From assembly GCF_006345805.1 (NCBI RefSeq), contig NC_042998.1, positions 178,250,001 through 178,314,000 of the forward strand: a stretch of 64,000 nucleotides of DNA. The letters run 5' to 3'. The position numbers and the translations under genes are program-made. Shown here piece after piece: positions 63,991 to 64,000 of this stretch; positions within the stretch are counted from its first letter, which is position 1; each line of letters opens with the position of its first letter. Under the pieces are notes generated by a model, which was given only the letters and a program-made list of their open reading frames with translations, did not search any database and was not told the DNA's origin. The DNA is from Octopus sinensis. Taxonomy: Eukaryota.

Positions 63991-64000
63991 GAGTTATCTT

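Overview
AT-rich eukaryotic genomic DNA packed with microsatellites and transposons. The SINE families and the (TA)n/(CA)n/(TACA)n/(GATA)n load point to an octopod cephalopod; this is an inference, not a database result. Host content: (1) one 778-aa minus-strand gene (6244-8580) with BTB + BACK + a very divergent kelch-like C-terminus, whose CDS sits in a single exon; (2) an intact tRNA-Ser(AGA) at 18275-18356; (3) an unidentified plus-strand gene seen only as small exons (best supported: 50637-50720 and 63160-63241) separated by very long TE-filled introns, probably starting near 10.2-10.4 kb head-to-head with the BTB gene. The rest is mobile DNA: R4/Dong-type RLE retrotransposons stacked in a (TAA)n array, including one near-full-length copy; L2/CR1-group, RTE, Tx1/L1 and Penelope-like (Naiad-type) retroelements; mariner/Tc1, hAT, a Helitron and several MITE/foldback elements; and several tRNA-derived SINE families. 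The most notable signals are a LINE-SINE shared 3' stem-loop with compensatory base changes, apparent microsatellite-specific insertion of two LINE clades ((TAA)n and (TATC)n), and long intronic foldbacks. No CRISPR array, rRNA or prokaryote-like system is supported. All family assignments come from motif recognition by eye and need database confirmation.
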